Below are positions 8,164 to 19,204 of a DNA stretch of 64,000 nucleotides, piece by piece. This DNA is from Polyangiaceae bacterium (GTDB lineage: Bacteria > Myxococcota_A > Polyangia > Polyangiales > Polyangiaceae). Location of the stretch: positions 96,001 through 160,000 of the forward strand of contig CBDCTZ010000013.1 of the NCBI GenBank assembly GCA_965222375.1, given 5' to 3'. The translations under genes were made by a program, and so were the position numbers. Position 1 is the first letter of the stretch; every line of letters starts with the position of its first letter. The notes below the pieces were generated by a model. The model was not told where the DNA came from. It made no database searches and was given only the letters and a program-made list of their open reading frames with translations.

Positions 8164-9396
8164 ATGAAAAAACGTAATGGTTTCCGGTTCTTGGCCGGTC
8201 CCGCCCTCGCGGGCGTGCTGATGGTCCCGTTCGCGGGTGGTTGCGACAAGGTCGAGGAAGCTCAGGGCGCCGTGTGCTGCTCCGAGTTTCAGGTTGGTGG
8301 TGAGATCTCTGCCGACATAGGCGGCGGCGCGGAGGGGCAGGTTGCTGTCCAGGCCGTCGCGGACCTCACCGGCGTAGCGTCAGTCGCCGTTAGCGACTTG
8401 ACATCAGCGTGCCGCAGCATGGCTCAAGACTTGGACGCGCCGAAGGCCGAGCAAGATGCGGCCGAAGCGAAGGAGGGCAAGCGCGAGAAGCTCGACGCCT
8501 GGTGCAAGCTGGCCGTCAGCGCGATCGGAACTTTCAAGGGCAAGGCCCAGGGGACCCTGACGGTGAGCATTCAGCCACCCGTGTGTGAGGCGTCCATCTC
8601 CGCCAAAGCCAATTGTCAGGCCAGTTGCTCCGCCGAGGGAAGCTGCGACATCAAAGCCAACCCACCCACTTGTGAGGGCGGCAGCCTCGAAGTTGCGTGC
8701 AAGGGAGAATGTACCGCAAAGGCTGGGGCCACGCTCAAATGCGAGGGCAGCTGCAGCGCGGAGTGCAAGGGCGAGTGCACCGCTGAAGGCGGCGTCGAAT
8801 GCGAAGGGCAGTGCGAAGGAACCTGCGAAGCTGGCGCAGGCGGCAGCGGCCCACAAGCGGACGGCACCTGCAAGGGAACCTGCAAGGGAACCTGCAAAGC
8901 CACGGCGCCTGGTGCGACATGCACCGGCAGCTGCAAGGGTGAGTGCAGCGGCTCCTGCATGGGCTCGGCTGACGCTTCAGTCAAGTGCGACGGCGAATGC
9001 AAGGCTGACTTCGAGCCCCTCAAGTGCACCGGTGGTGAACTCAAGGGTGGCTGCCAGGTGGAAGCCAGCTGTGACGCGAATTGCGACGCGAGTGTGAAGG
9101 CCAAGGCGGAGTGCAAGCCTCCCTCAGTGGCAGTGACATTCTCAGGTGCGGCGGACGTTCAAGCTGCGGGTCGCCTCAAAGCAACTCTCGAAGCGAACCT
9201 CGGTGTGGTCGCGGCGCTGGAGGCGCGAGTCAAGACGATGGTCGACATCGCTGGCTCGCTGTCTGGCAACGTGTCGGCTCTCACAGAGGTGAAGGCAGCG
9301 TGCCTGCCTGCAATCATCAAGGCTGCCGACGGCGCTGTGTTGGATCTGCAAGCATCCGTGAGCGCTGCTGGTAGCATCGGGACGGCGGCCAAGTGA
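8164..9396 (+). CDS. Cys-rich lipoprotein with CxGxC repeats flanked by helical domains
   Basis: Lipobox AGGC; CEGSCSAECKGEC, CKGTCKGTC; RBS AAGGAG. Confidence 0.85.
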   Translation: MKKRNGFRFLAGPALAGVLMVPFAGGCDKVEEAQGAVCCSEFQVGGEISADIGGGAEGQVAVQAVADLTGVASVAVSDLTSACRSMAQDLDAPKAEQDAAEAKEGKREKLDAWCKLAVSAIGTFKGKAQGTLTVSIQPPVCEASISAKANCQASCSAEGSCDIKANPPTCEGGSLEVACKGECTAKAGATLKCEGSCSAECKGECTAEGGVECEGQCEGTCEAGAGGSGPQADGTCKGTCKGTCKATAPGATCTGSCKGECSGSCMGSADASVKCDGECKADFEPLKCTGGELKGGCQVEASCDANCDASVKAKAECKPPSVAVTFSGAADVQAAGRLKATLEANLGVVAALEARVKTMVDIAGSLSGNVSALTEVKAACLPAIIKAADGAVLDLQASVSAAGSIGTAAK

Positions 9397-9438
9397 ACCG
9401 CCACCTAACGCTGTAACGAAATCACGTAACAAGAAGAG

Positions 9439-9474
9439 CGGCGTGTCGTCTCAAGGCACGCCGTTTTTCGTTTT
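9439..9474 (+). terminator. Rho-independent terminator
   Basis: CGGCGTGTC-GTCTCAA-GGCACGCCG followed by TTTTTCGTTTT. Confidence 0.8.
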
Positions 9475-9806
9475 GTGCGTCGAGTCGCGGGCAGGCGGAG
9501 CCCGAGAAACCCCCGGGGCGGAGCGGGGGCGCTGCCGAGGGGCTGACGAAGTTGCGGCGGCGGGAGCAGTCCGGCACGCACGCTTGGGGGCGGGCGAGAG
9601 TAGTGCCCCCGTGTGGTCCAGGGCTCCAGCCCTTCGGGTGTCGCCCCTTCGGGCATCACGAAGCGCGTCACAAGCGCGTCGACCCCAAACCAGCCGATAG
9701 CCAGGGGAAGTGGCGTCGCCTCAGGGCGGGTTGTTCGGGCTCCTGGTTTTTCTCCATGGGGCTCAAGGTTTGGAGCGGCGAGCCGTTCGTTCCTCAAGCG
9801 GACCCC

Positions 9807-11069
9807 ATGAGCGCCCAAATCCTACCCCACCCCTCTTCCTTGCTGGGCGGCAAGTACGCGCTGTTGCGCGAACTCGGCTCCGGGGGAGCCGCCTGCGTGT
9901 ACGAGGCGGAGAATGTGCTCGTGGGCAAGCGCGTGGCCGTGAAGGTGCTGGGCGAAAAGCTGGCCCGCAACGTGACGGTCCGAGCGCGATTCCTGGCGGA
10001 GGCTCGGGCGGCGGCTCAGCTGAACCATCCCAACGTCGTGGATATCCACGACGTCGGCGACGAACGCGGCGGGCTGTACATCGTGATGGAGCTGCTCTCC
10101 GGCGAGACCCTGGCGCAGGTGCTCGCGTCTCGAGGCGCGCTGCCCGTGCCTTACGCCTGCGAGCTGGTGTTGCAGGTCCTCACTGCCTTGGACGCAGCCC
10201 ACGCACGCGGAATCGTGCACCGGGACCTGAAACCCGAAAACGTGTTGGTCACGCATCCGCGCCCGGACCAACCTCTGGTCAAGGTCCTCGACTTCGGCAT
10301 TGCCCAAGGTATCGCGGGCGCAGCCGCGGAACCCGAAGGCCGCCTGATGGGCACGCCCGCCTACATGGCACCGGAGCAAGCTCTGGGTCGACGCGTCGAT
10401 CATCGCGCCGACCTCTACTCCTGCGGCGCTGTTCTGTACGAACTGCTCTGCGGCGAGCCACCCTTCCGCGGACGCACGCCGATGCAGATCCTCGGTTCGG
10501 TGTTGAAGAACGAATACCGACCCCTGTGCAGCTGCGCGCCGCACGTGCCCATCGAACTGCGACAGCTCGTCGACGAACTCTTGCAGCCGTCTGCCCTCGA
10601 CCGACCCGCAACCGCCGACGCCGTGGCGTCCGTCTTGGCGAGCTACGCGGGCGTGGAGCGTGCTGCCGACGCAGAGCCGATCCCATTGGTCAAAAGCGAC
10701 CGGCATGCCATCAACTTCCCATCCGAGCTGCCCGATGGCGACCCACCCGTCCAGTGCGACATCGGCGTGGCGGAACTGAGTGATCCGCACATACCCAAGG
10801 CGCCCGCGCTGAACCTGGACGCGGCCAGTTGGGGCATGCCCGCAGGCACCGCCCTGCCACTGGATTCAGAACTTCGCGAGCGTCGCGCACCGACCTTCGT
10901 GCCGGCAAGCAAGCCGCGCGCCGTCGTCGAGCGCGCAGCCGTGAAGCTCGAGGAGGAACCCGTGGAAGCGCCCCAGAAACGCCGCTCCGCAGCATCGTCC
11001 ATCGCTCTTGCCATCGCCTCGGGCTTCAGCGCAGGCCTAGTGAGCATGTGGCTCGGGGGACTGCTTTAG
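9807..11069 (+). CDS. Hanks-type Ser/Thr protein kinase with C-terminal TM helix
   Basis: LGSGGAACVY, VAVK, HRDLKPEN, DFGIA, GTPAYMAPE. Confidence 0.93.
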   Translation: MSAQILPHPSSLLGGKYALLRELGSGGAACVYEAENVLVGKRVAVKVLGEKLARNVTVRARFLAEARAAAQLNHPNVVDIHDVGDERGGLYIVMELLSGETLAQVLASRGALPVPYACELVLQVLTALDAAHARGIVHRDLKPENVLVTHPRPDQPLVKVLDFGIAQGIAGAAAEPEGRLMGTPAYMAPEQALGRRVDHRADLYSCGAVLYELLCGEPPFRGRTPMQILGSVLKNEYRPLCSCAPHVPIELRQLVDELLQPSALDRPATADAVASVLASYAGVERAADAEPIPLVKSDRHAINFPSELPDGDPPVQCDIGVAELSDPHIPKAPALNLDAASWGMPAGTALPLDSELRERRAPTFVPASKPRAVVERAAVKLEEEPVEAPQKRRSAASSIALAIASGFSAGLVSMWLGGLL

Positions 11070-11070
11070 C

Positions 11071-12441
11071 TCATAGGCGGCCGGCTAGCCCAAGCATCGC
11101 GCCACCCTGAGTTGGGATCAACGTCGGGCTCAGTGACAGGTCGGACTTGGCCGGGCCCTCGGATTCGTCGACGCCCCGGTCCGGCTCCATGCCGGTGGTG
11201 GCAAACCACGCCGCAGTGAGACCCACACCGATCCCCAATGCCAAGGTGCCACTGAGGGCCCGGGCATCCGTCTCTTCATCCGCCGCGGAGATGTAGAGAC
11301 CACCCATGAGCAATCCGCCGGCGATGCCACCCAGATCGAGGAAGCGCACCCGCGCAACCGACGGCGATACAGGACCGGCTGCCAGGGCGCCGCCAATGGC
11401 AGCCGCGTTTAGACCGATGGCCGCGCCAAGTAGGGCGCGATCATCGAGTTGGTTGTCGTCCGGACTGAGCGCCGCAACCGTGAGTCCCGCTAGGCCACCG
11501 CCCCAAAGACTCGCTGAGCCCACAAAGGAGGCGCGCCCCGGTGTCGTGCCCGACACGCCGCCAATCACGCCGCCTGCAACGGCACCAAGTGTCGCACTGC
11601 CCCAGATGACGGTTGCGATGGTCTTGCCTTCCCACTCGTCCGCGCGGTCCACGCTGGCTTGATTCCACAGCGACCACACCAGGCCCTGCTCCAAACCGAT
11701 GTACATCCCGCTGACCACGGACTGAGGCACACCGTAAGGCAACGGATCACCGGAATCTGCCAACGCAACGCCACCCGCGGCCGCACCCGCCAACAGGAGC
11801 GCGGGCAAGATGACTCCCGCAGCCGAGTCCGCCTCGGTCTGGACCGCGAGCCACCCCCCCGTCCCCAAGCCGTACAGCACAGCGTTCAAGTACAGCACTG
11901 CCGCTTCGTCGAGGGTCCGCTCCCCCGCGGCCTTGGCACTCAGCGAACTCTCTCCGAGATCTGCCTTGCGCACAAAGGCCAGACCGCGACGATGCAGGTT
12001 CCCCGCGATACGCGCCAGCTCTTGCGCCATCGCCGCGTCGTGTGGGTTGCTTGCACTGCGCGACAGCTTCTGAAACATTGCCGCCGCCTCGGCGAAGCCC
12101 CCCGCCAACAAGCGGCGGCGCGCGGCGGCGAAGTCCACCTGCCACTTCTGCGGAGACTGCGGAGCGAAGTTGGCCGGCGCCGCAGCTGGCGATGCAACGT
12201 TGGTCGCGGGGGGCGCGTTCGTAGAAGGCGTAGCCGCGGGTTGTACCGGCGTTGCGGCAGCAGGTTGCGTCGGAGCCGGCGTCGCGGGTTGGGCGGAGCT
12301 TGCCGGGTCAGCGGGTTCATCCGCGGACGGAGCTTGAGCGCTCGCCAGACAGACCCACAGGGATGTCACCGCGAAGCAGCCAGCAGCGAGCCGTGTCGCA
12401 GCGAAGGATGCGCGAAAATGAAGTGACGGCATGGTGCTCAT
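11071..12441 (-). CDS. Hypothetical membrane protein (signal peptide, Pro/Ala linker, multiple Gly-rich hydrophobic helices)
   Basis: Long ORF with many GxxxG hydrophobic segments; C-terminus GAMLGLAGRL; start uncertain. Confidence 0.7.
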   Translation of the reverse strand: MSTMPSLHFRASFAATRLAAGCFAVTSLWVCLASAQAPSADEPADPASSAQPATPAPTQPAAATPVQPAATPSTNAPPATNVASPAAAPANFAPQSPQKWQVDFAAARRRLLAGGFAEAAAMFQKLSRSASNPHDAAMAQELARIAGNLHRRGLAFVRKADLGESSLSAKAAGERTLDEAAVLYLNAVLYGLGTGGWLAVQTEADSAAGVILPALLLAGAAAGGVALADSGDPLPYGVPQSVVSGMYIGLEQGLVWSLWNQASVDRADEWEGKTIATVIWGSATLGAVAGGVIGGVSGTTPGRASFVGSASLWGGGLAGLTVAALSPDDNQLDDRALLGAAIGLNAAAIGGALAAGPVSPSVARVRFLDLGGIAGGLLMGGLYISAADEETDARALSGTLALGIGVGLTAAWFATTGMEPDRGVDESEGPAKSDLSLSPTLIPTQGGAMLGLAGRL

Positions 12442-12688
12442 GCCATGAGCAATTCGCGTGCCTTCTCGTTTTCGCGAGGAAACGCGACATGGCACGTGGC
12501 CGTTCTGTTGCCGTTCGGTCCCCTGTGCCCAACTACTGTGAATCTCGAACCACACGACCCCGTACCTAGGGGTTGGTTGGGGTCGCGGCCCTGGGGCTAC
12601 ACGGGTCACTACTCTCGAGCCTCAACAAGCGGCGGCGTCTGCAACAGTCACGTTGACGCGAGGCGGCGCTAGCCCTACGCCCACCCCC

Positions 12689-13582
12689 ATGAGCGAGACT
12701 GAAGCGAAGCCAGAGACCCACGGGCGACCTGTGGAGCAGGACGATCCTGTGCCTGGCGTGAAGAACGTCGTGCTGGTGATGAGCGGCAAGGGCGGAGTCG
12801 GCAAGAGCACGGTGGCCGCGAACCTCGCGCTAGCGCTGTCCCGCGGGGGCCATCGGGTGGGGCTCATCGATGCAGACCTGTACGGGCCGAGCGTGCCCAC
12901 GCTATTTGGCATCACCGGCCAACCGCTATCGGACGGCAACAAGATCCAGCCCCTAGCGCGGTTCGGAATCAAACTGATGAGCATCGGCTTCCTGTTGGAA
13001 GATCCGACCAGTGCCGTGGTCTGGCGAGGGCCCATGTTGCACGGCGCGCTGGTGCAATTTCTCAAGGACGTGGACTGGGGCGAGTTGGACTATCTACTGC
13101 TAGACTTGCCGCCTGGCACTGGAGACATTGCGCTCACTTTGGCTCAACGGGTACGCACCAATGGGGCGGTCATCGTGACGACGCCGCAAGAAGTCGCGTT
13201 GCAGGACGTCTACAAGGCCGTCAACATGTGCCACAAAGTCGGCATCCCGATCACTGGCGTCGTGGAAAACGAGAGCTACTTCATTTGTGACGGCTGCGAC
13301 AAACGCCACGAGCTGTTCGGTAGTGGCGGCGGCGAGAAGGTCGCGGAGCTGTCGGGTGCGCCGTTGATCGGCCAAATCCCTCTTCATGCTGAAGTTCGCA
13401 AGTGGGGGGACGCTGGCACACCGATCGTTCAGGCCTCTCCGGCGTCGGCGATTGCCAAGTTCTTCGTGGCTGTGGCCGACCGCCTCGTTGAAGAACTCGA
13501 CCGCCACAACGCGGAGGCGGGCGACGGATTGCTCATCGATCGTTCTGGAGGCACCAACAAGCACCTACCCATCGCGCGCTGA
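12689..13582 (+). CDS. mrp: Mrp/NBP35 (ApbC) Fe-S cluster carrier ATPase
   Basis: SGKGGVGKST, DADLYGPS, WRGPM, DLPPGTGD, VENES, CDGC. Confidence 0.93.
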   Translation: MSETEAKPETHGRPVEQDDPVPGVKNVVLVMSGKGGVGKSTVAANLALALSRGGHRVGLIDADLYGPSVPTLFGITGQPLSDGNKIQPLARFGIKLMSIGFLLEDPTSAVVWRGPMLHGALVQFLKDVDWGELDYLLLDLPPGTGDIALTLAQRVRTNGAVIVTTPQEVALQDVYKAVNMCHKVGIPITGVVENESYFICDGCDKRHELFGSGGGEKVAELSGAPLIGQIPLHAEVRKWGDAGTPIVQASPASAIAKFFVAVADRLVEELDRHNAEAGDGLLIDRSGGTNKHLPIAR

Positions 13583-13750
13583 ACGCCTGAAGGCGTTTTT
13601 TCACGGCCAAGGCGCGATCTTGGCCATTTACACCACGCTTTGGGGCGACGCTGGGCCACCACTCATGGGGCAAAGCCACGGGGGCGCTATTTGCGTTCGC
13701 GACCAGGCGCGATATACGGCCGTTCCCGGTTTTTGACGGACCGGTTTGTC

Positions 13751-15835
13751 ATGACTACCGAATCTCAGAGCAACGAGACGCCCACGATCGATCCGGCGAA
13801 CGCTGGTCCCGGCGAATCCACGAGCGCCTCGGCGCCTGCAACCGAGGCGGAAGCCGCAGCCGCTGGAAGTGCGCCAGCCGCACCCACTAGCCTGGAGCCG
13901 ACTGCCGCGGAGGCTGCCGCTTCCACTCCGGAAGCCGCTGAGAACTCGGAAAGCGCAGAGCCGGCGCAGGCGGGCGGCGGCGCGACGGACACGGCTCAAG
14001 CCGACTCGAGCAGCGCGGCTCCCGCGGAAGCCACGCCTGTTACCGCTGCACCGAGTGACGCTGCCGCGCCGAGTGGCGACGCCATTCCGGACGATGCCAC
14101 TGCAACGAGTGGTGACGCTCCGGCAGCCGCACCCGCGGGCGACGCCACAGCGAACGATGCGCCAAAAACCGACGCCGCCACAGCGAGCGATGCGCCGAAA
14201 ACCGACACCGCGGCACCGAGTGGCGATGCCACGCCTGACGATGCCACTGCAACGAGTGGTGACGCTCCGGCAGCCGCACCCGCGGGCGACGCCACAGCGA
14301 GCGATGCGCCAAAAACCGACGCCGCCGATGGTGCTGCAGCTGGCGCCGAGGGCCAGAGTGCCGAAAGCGGAGAAAAGAAGAAGAAGCGCAAGCGCAAGAA
14401 GAAGCGCAAGCCAAAAACCGGCGAGGCGCATCGTCCTGCGAGCGAGCGGGCACCTTTTCACGCCGGTGAAGAGGTATTCGGCAAAGTCACCGCAGTGCTC
14501 GAAGACGCCATCATGGTGGATCTGGGCGGAAAGGCCTTGGCCATCTTCGACCGTTCCGAGATGGAAGCCGACGATCTCGTCCCGGAGGTGGGGGATCGAC
14601 TAGTCGCCAGCGTGCTCAACGACGGCGTCCGCGGTGGGCTGGTCGTGCTCACGCGCAAGCCGCTGCGAGAAGAAGAGATCAAACCCAGCATCGAGCAGGC
14701 CGCGGCAGATGGCAGCTTGGTCAAGGGTCTAGTCACGGGTGTGATCAAGGGCGGCGTGGAGGTAAACCTTTCCGGCTTGCGCGCCTTCGCGCCCGCATCG
14801 GGCATGGACTTGCACCCCAACCAGGCGAACTTCGCGTCGCTGCTCGGCCAGCGCCTGGAGTTCAAGGTCGTTCAGTACAAGAGCCAGGGCCGCGACGTGG
14901 TCGTCACGCGCCGGCCGATGCTGGAGGCGGAGGCTCACGAGCGGCGCAAGCACGCCCTCACCCTGCTGTCCGAGGGTCAGGTGATCAAAGGTGTGGTCCG
15001 CACCGTCGTGGAGTGGGGCGCTTTCGTCGCGCTTCCGGAGGCCGAAAACCTCGAAGGCCTGGTGCACATCTCCGAGGCCAGCCACGACACGCGCGCCAAG
15101 ATCACTGACTTGATGAAGCCCGGCGACGAGTGCGAAGTCAAAATCACGAAGATCGACGAGAAGGGCAAAATCTGGCTCAGCCGCAAAGCCCTGATCGAGG
15201 ACCCTTGGGCCGAAGCGAAAGCCAAGTACAGCCCGGGCTCGAAGCACAAGGGCACGGTGGCTCGGCTGGAAGACTTCGGCGCCTTCATCAACCTGGAGCA
15301 GGCGGTGGACGGCCTGATCCACGTGGCAGATCTGGCCTTCGAGAAGATCGAACACCCCAGCAAGGTGCTGACCAAGGACCAAGAGGTCGACGTGGTCGTG
15401 CACCGCTTCGATGACAAGTACAAGCGCATTGCGCTGCATCTGGCACCCACGGGTGACCGCGCAGATGAGGCGCCGCAGAAGGTCGCACGCAACGCCGCGA
15501 TCAAAGTGGAAGTGGTCAAGGCCGAGAGCGCGGGGGTCGTGGTTCGCGTACTTGGAGTCACCGGCCGCGCAGCTCGCGGCTTCATCCCGGCAGGCCAGAC
15601 CGGAACTCAGCGCGGCACGGATCTGCGGCGGCATTTCAAACCCGGCACCCAGCTCGACGTGAAGGTCTTGGATGTGGATCCGCGGCGGGGAGAGCCCAAG
15701 CTCAGCATTCGTGGTCTCAAAGACGACGAGGAGCGCAAAGCTCACAAGGAGTACCGCAAGCAGCTGCAGAAAGAAGGCGGTTTCGGCACCCTAGGCGACC
15801 TGCTCAAGGCACGCCTGTCTGGCGACGACTCCTAG
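13751..15835 (+). CDS. Multi-S1-domain RNA-binding protein (ribosomal protein S1-like) with long acidic Ala-rich N-extension
   Basis: S1 repeats (WGAFV..EGLVHISE; FGAFI..DGLIHVAD); C-terminal GFGTLGDLLK. Confidence 0.88.
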   Translation: MTTESQSNETPTIDPANAGPGESTSASAPATEAEAAAAGSAPAAPTSLEPTAAEAAASTPEAAENSESAEPAQAGGGATDTAQADSSSAAPAEATPVTAAPSDAAAPSGDAIPDDATATSGDAPAAAPAGDATANDAPKTDAATASDAPKTDTAAPSGDATPDDATATSGDAPAAAPAGDATASDAPKTDAADGAAAGAEGQSAESGEKKKKRKRKKKRKPKTGEAHRPASERAPFHAGEEVFGKVTAVLEDAIMVDLGGKALAIFDRSEMEADDLVPEVGDRLVASVLNDGVRGGLVVLTRKPLREEEIKPSIEQAAADGSLVKGLVTGVIKGGVEVNLSGLRAFAPASGMDLHPNQANFASLLGQRLEFKVVQYKSQGRDVVVTRRPMLEAEAHERRKHALTLLSEGQVIKGVVRTVVEWGAFVALPEAENLEGLVHISEASHDTRAKITDLMKPGDECEVKITKIDEKGKIWLSRKALIEDPWAEAKAKYSPGSKHKGTVARLEDFGAFINLEQAVDGLIHVADLAFEKIEHPSKVLTKDQEVDVVVHRFDDKYKRIALHLAPTGDRADEAPQKVARNAAIKVEVVKAESAGVVVRVLGVTGRAARGFIPAGQTGTQRGTDLRRHFKPGTQLDVKVLDVDPRRGEPKLSIRGLKDDEERKAHKEYRKQLQKEGGFGTLGDLLKARLSGDDS
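14066..14326 (+). repeat. 147-bp-period (49 aa) near-identical intragenic duplication
   Basis: GACGATGCCACTGCAACGAGTGGTGACGCTCCGGCAGCCGCACCCGCGGGCGACGCCACAGCG at 14090 and 14237. Confidence 0.9.
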
Positions 15836-15842
15836 CTTTCAC

Positions 15843-15938
15843 CGCGCGACGACGCGCCAGCGAACCTCCCTCATCGCGACGCGCGACAACCCGCATTCGC
15901 GCAGAGCGCAAGAAACCGACGCGCGACGACGCGCCAGC
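15843..15938. repeat. 19-bp intergenic direct repeat
   Basis: CGCGCGACGACGCGCCAGC at 15843-15861 and 15920-15938. Confidence 0.7.
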
Positions 15939-15986
15939 ACCACCCGCGACGCGTTCGCAAGCAAGCCTCCCGTGCGGAAAGGCCCC

Positions 15987-17214
15987 TCACTCGCGCCTAA
16001 GCGCGAAGATCGGATCCAGTCGCGCAGCGCGCTGAGCCGGGACCAATCCGAAGACCACGCCGACGACGGTGCTGGTGGCGAGAGCTACAGCGAGCGCCAA
16101 AGGCGATACCCCCATGTTCCAGCCCAAGGCATTGCCGATGGCGCGAACGGCAATTGCAGCCAACACCGCGCCCGCCAGGCCGCCAACGATACTGAGCAAC
16201 ACGGCCTCGGCCAGAAACTGGACGCGGATGTCGGCCTCTCGGGCTCCAATAGCCATGCGGATCCCGATCTCTCGAGTGCGCTCGGCAACGCTCACCAGCA
16301 TGATGTTCATCACGCCAATGCCGCCTACCACCAAGCTGACCGCGGCGATGGACAGCAGCAGCATCTGCAACACGCTCAGAATCCCCTCCTGGGTCTTCCG
16401 GAACTCCTCCTGGCTCCGAATACGAAAGTCGTTTTCGACGCCCTCTGCCAGGCGGTGACGCTGGCGCAAGATCGCCGTCGCATCTCGCTGAACGACGCTG
16501 GGTGGATTCGAGCCCGCACCCTGAAGCAACAGGCGATGCACGCCGCCCGGGCGCGTAGGTGAGAGCTTCGCGCGCATCGTGCGCACGGGCATGATGATGA
16601 TGTCGTCTTGGTCGTTGCCGAAGGGGCTCTGGCCCTTGGACGGCAAGACGGCGATCACACGGAACGCGTGCCGGCCCATACGCAGTACCTCGCCAATGGG
16701 ATTCTCGGTTCCGAAAATCTCGAGCCGGACGGTCTCACCGATAACGCAGACTTTCTCGCCGACAATCTCCGAGCTCGGTCCCCACAGCGTGCCCTCGGTG
16801 ATCTTCCAGCCCCGGATTTCGAAGAAGTCCCGAGTCGTGCCGACGATCTGTGTAGGTCGGTTGGCATCTCGCCACACCACCTGGGAAAAGCCGATGATCA
16901 TCGGCGCCGTGCGCTCCACGCTGGGTGCCTCGGCCGCGAGCGCTTTGCCATCGTCCTCGGTCAGGTCGGGTAGCCCCGCTTCGTCTCGAGCTCCGCTCTG
17001 AGCCGTGTCCCGAGGGATCACGATCAGGGCGTTGTCGCCCAAGCTGTCGATGCGCCCACTGACTGCTTCCCGAGCGCCCTCGCCCAGGGCCACCACGATG
17101 GTCACCGCCGCAACACCGATCAAGATCCCGAACATGGTCAGCAGCGCCCGAACCGAGTTGCGCCGGAGCGAACCCAGCGCCAGCTGGATCGGGACCCACA
17201 GGAAGCGACCCAAG

Positions 17215-17222
<8 letters not shown>
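15987..17222 (-). CDS. MacB/FtsX-family ABC exporter permease
   Basis: LTMFGILIGVAAV; GGIGVMNIMLVSVAERTREIGIRMAIGA; AARLDPIFALRRE. Confidence 0.93.
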
Positions 17223-18434
<1,212 letters not shown>

Positions 18435-18438
<4 letters not shown>

Positions 18439-19184
18439 GCCGCGCTCCCGCTCTCGGACTCGAGGCCCTGCATCAGCGCGAGAGCGTCATCGGGCTCCGG
18501 ATTCCGCTCGTCCTCCACCAAACGCCCATCTCGGAACGTCGTCTGACGATCCGTGCAAGCCGCAATGTCTGGCTCGTGGGTGACGATGAGCACGGTAATA
18601 CCGAGCCCCCGGGACAGCTTCTGAAGCAGGGCCAGGACTTCATAGCTGGTCTTGGAATCCAGGTTTCCAGTGGGTTCGTCCGCCAGCAGCAAAGGCGGGT
18701 CCGTCACCAGCGCGCGTGCGATGGCCACGCGCTGTTGCTGCCCGCCGGAGAGTTGCGCCGGCGTGTGGCCCACCCGGTCGGCGAGCCCGACCTGGTCGAG
18801 GGCCTTTTGCGCACGGCGGCGCCGCTCACGACGCCCAACACCGCGGTACACCAGGGGCAACTCGACATTTTCGAGGGCACTGGTTCGGGGCAAGAGGTTG
18901 AAGCCCTGAAAGACGAAGCCAATCATGCGATTGCGCACGATGGCTCGCTCATCCGCAGAGCAGACGCCAACGTCGATGCCCGCCAAGGTGTAGCTGCCTC
19001 GGGTCGGGCGATCCAAGCAGCCGAGGATGTTCATCAAGGTGCTCTTGCCCGAGCCGCTCGCTCCGACGACTGCGACCAGCTCCCCGGCGCCGATGGAGAG
19101 ATTCACGTCGCGCAGCGCGTGTACGATCTCGGGCCCGGTTACGTAGTCCTTGTAGATCGAGCTCAGTTCAATCAGGGCGTCCAT
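18435..19184 (-). CDS. ABC transporter ATP-binding protein (LolD/MacB type)
   Basis: [35 protein letters not shown]. Confidence 0.95.
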
Positions 19185-19204
19185 GTTGTCACCACCGACG
19201 CGGA

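Noticed and set aside
9552..9806. 85-aa N-terminal extension of the kinase given by the ORF track
   Set aside because: TTG start and non-protein-like composition; ATG 9807 sits just before the kinase domain
13660..13700. GGGCAAAGCCACGGG resembles part of a c-di-GMP-I riboswitch
   Set aside because: No upstream GGCAAAC..GAAA..GGGAC P2 hairpin or closing P1 found
14729..15745. Long antisense ORFs here and elsewhere (e.g. 9822-10790, 46629-47819)
   Set aside because: Expected shadow ORFs in high-GC coding DNA; no motifs
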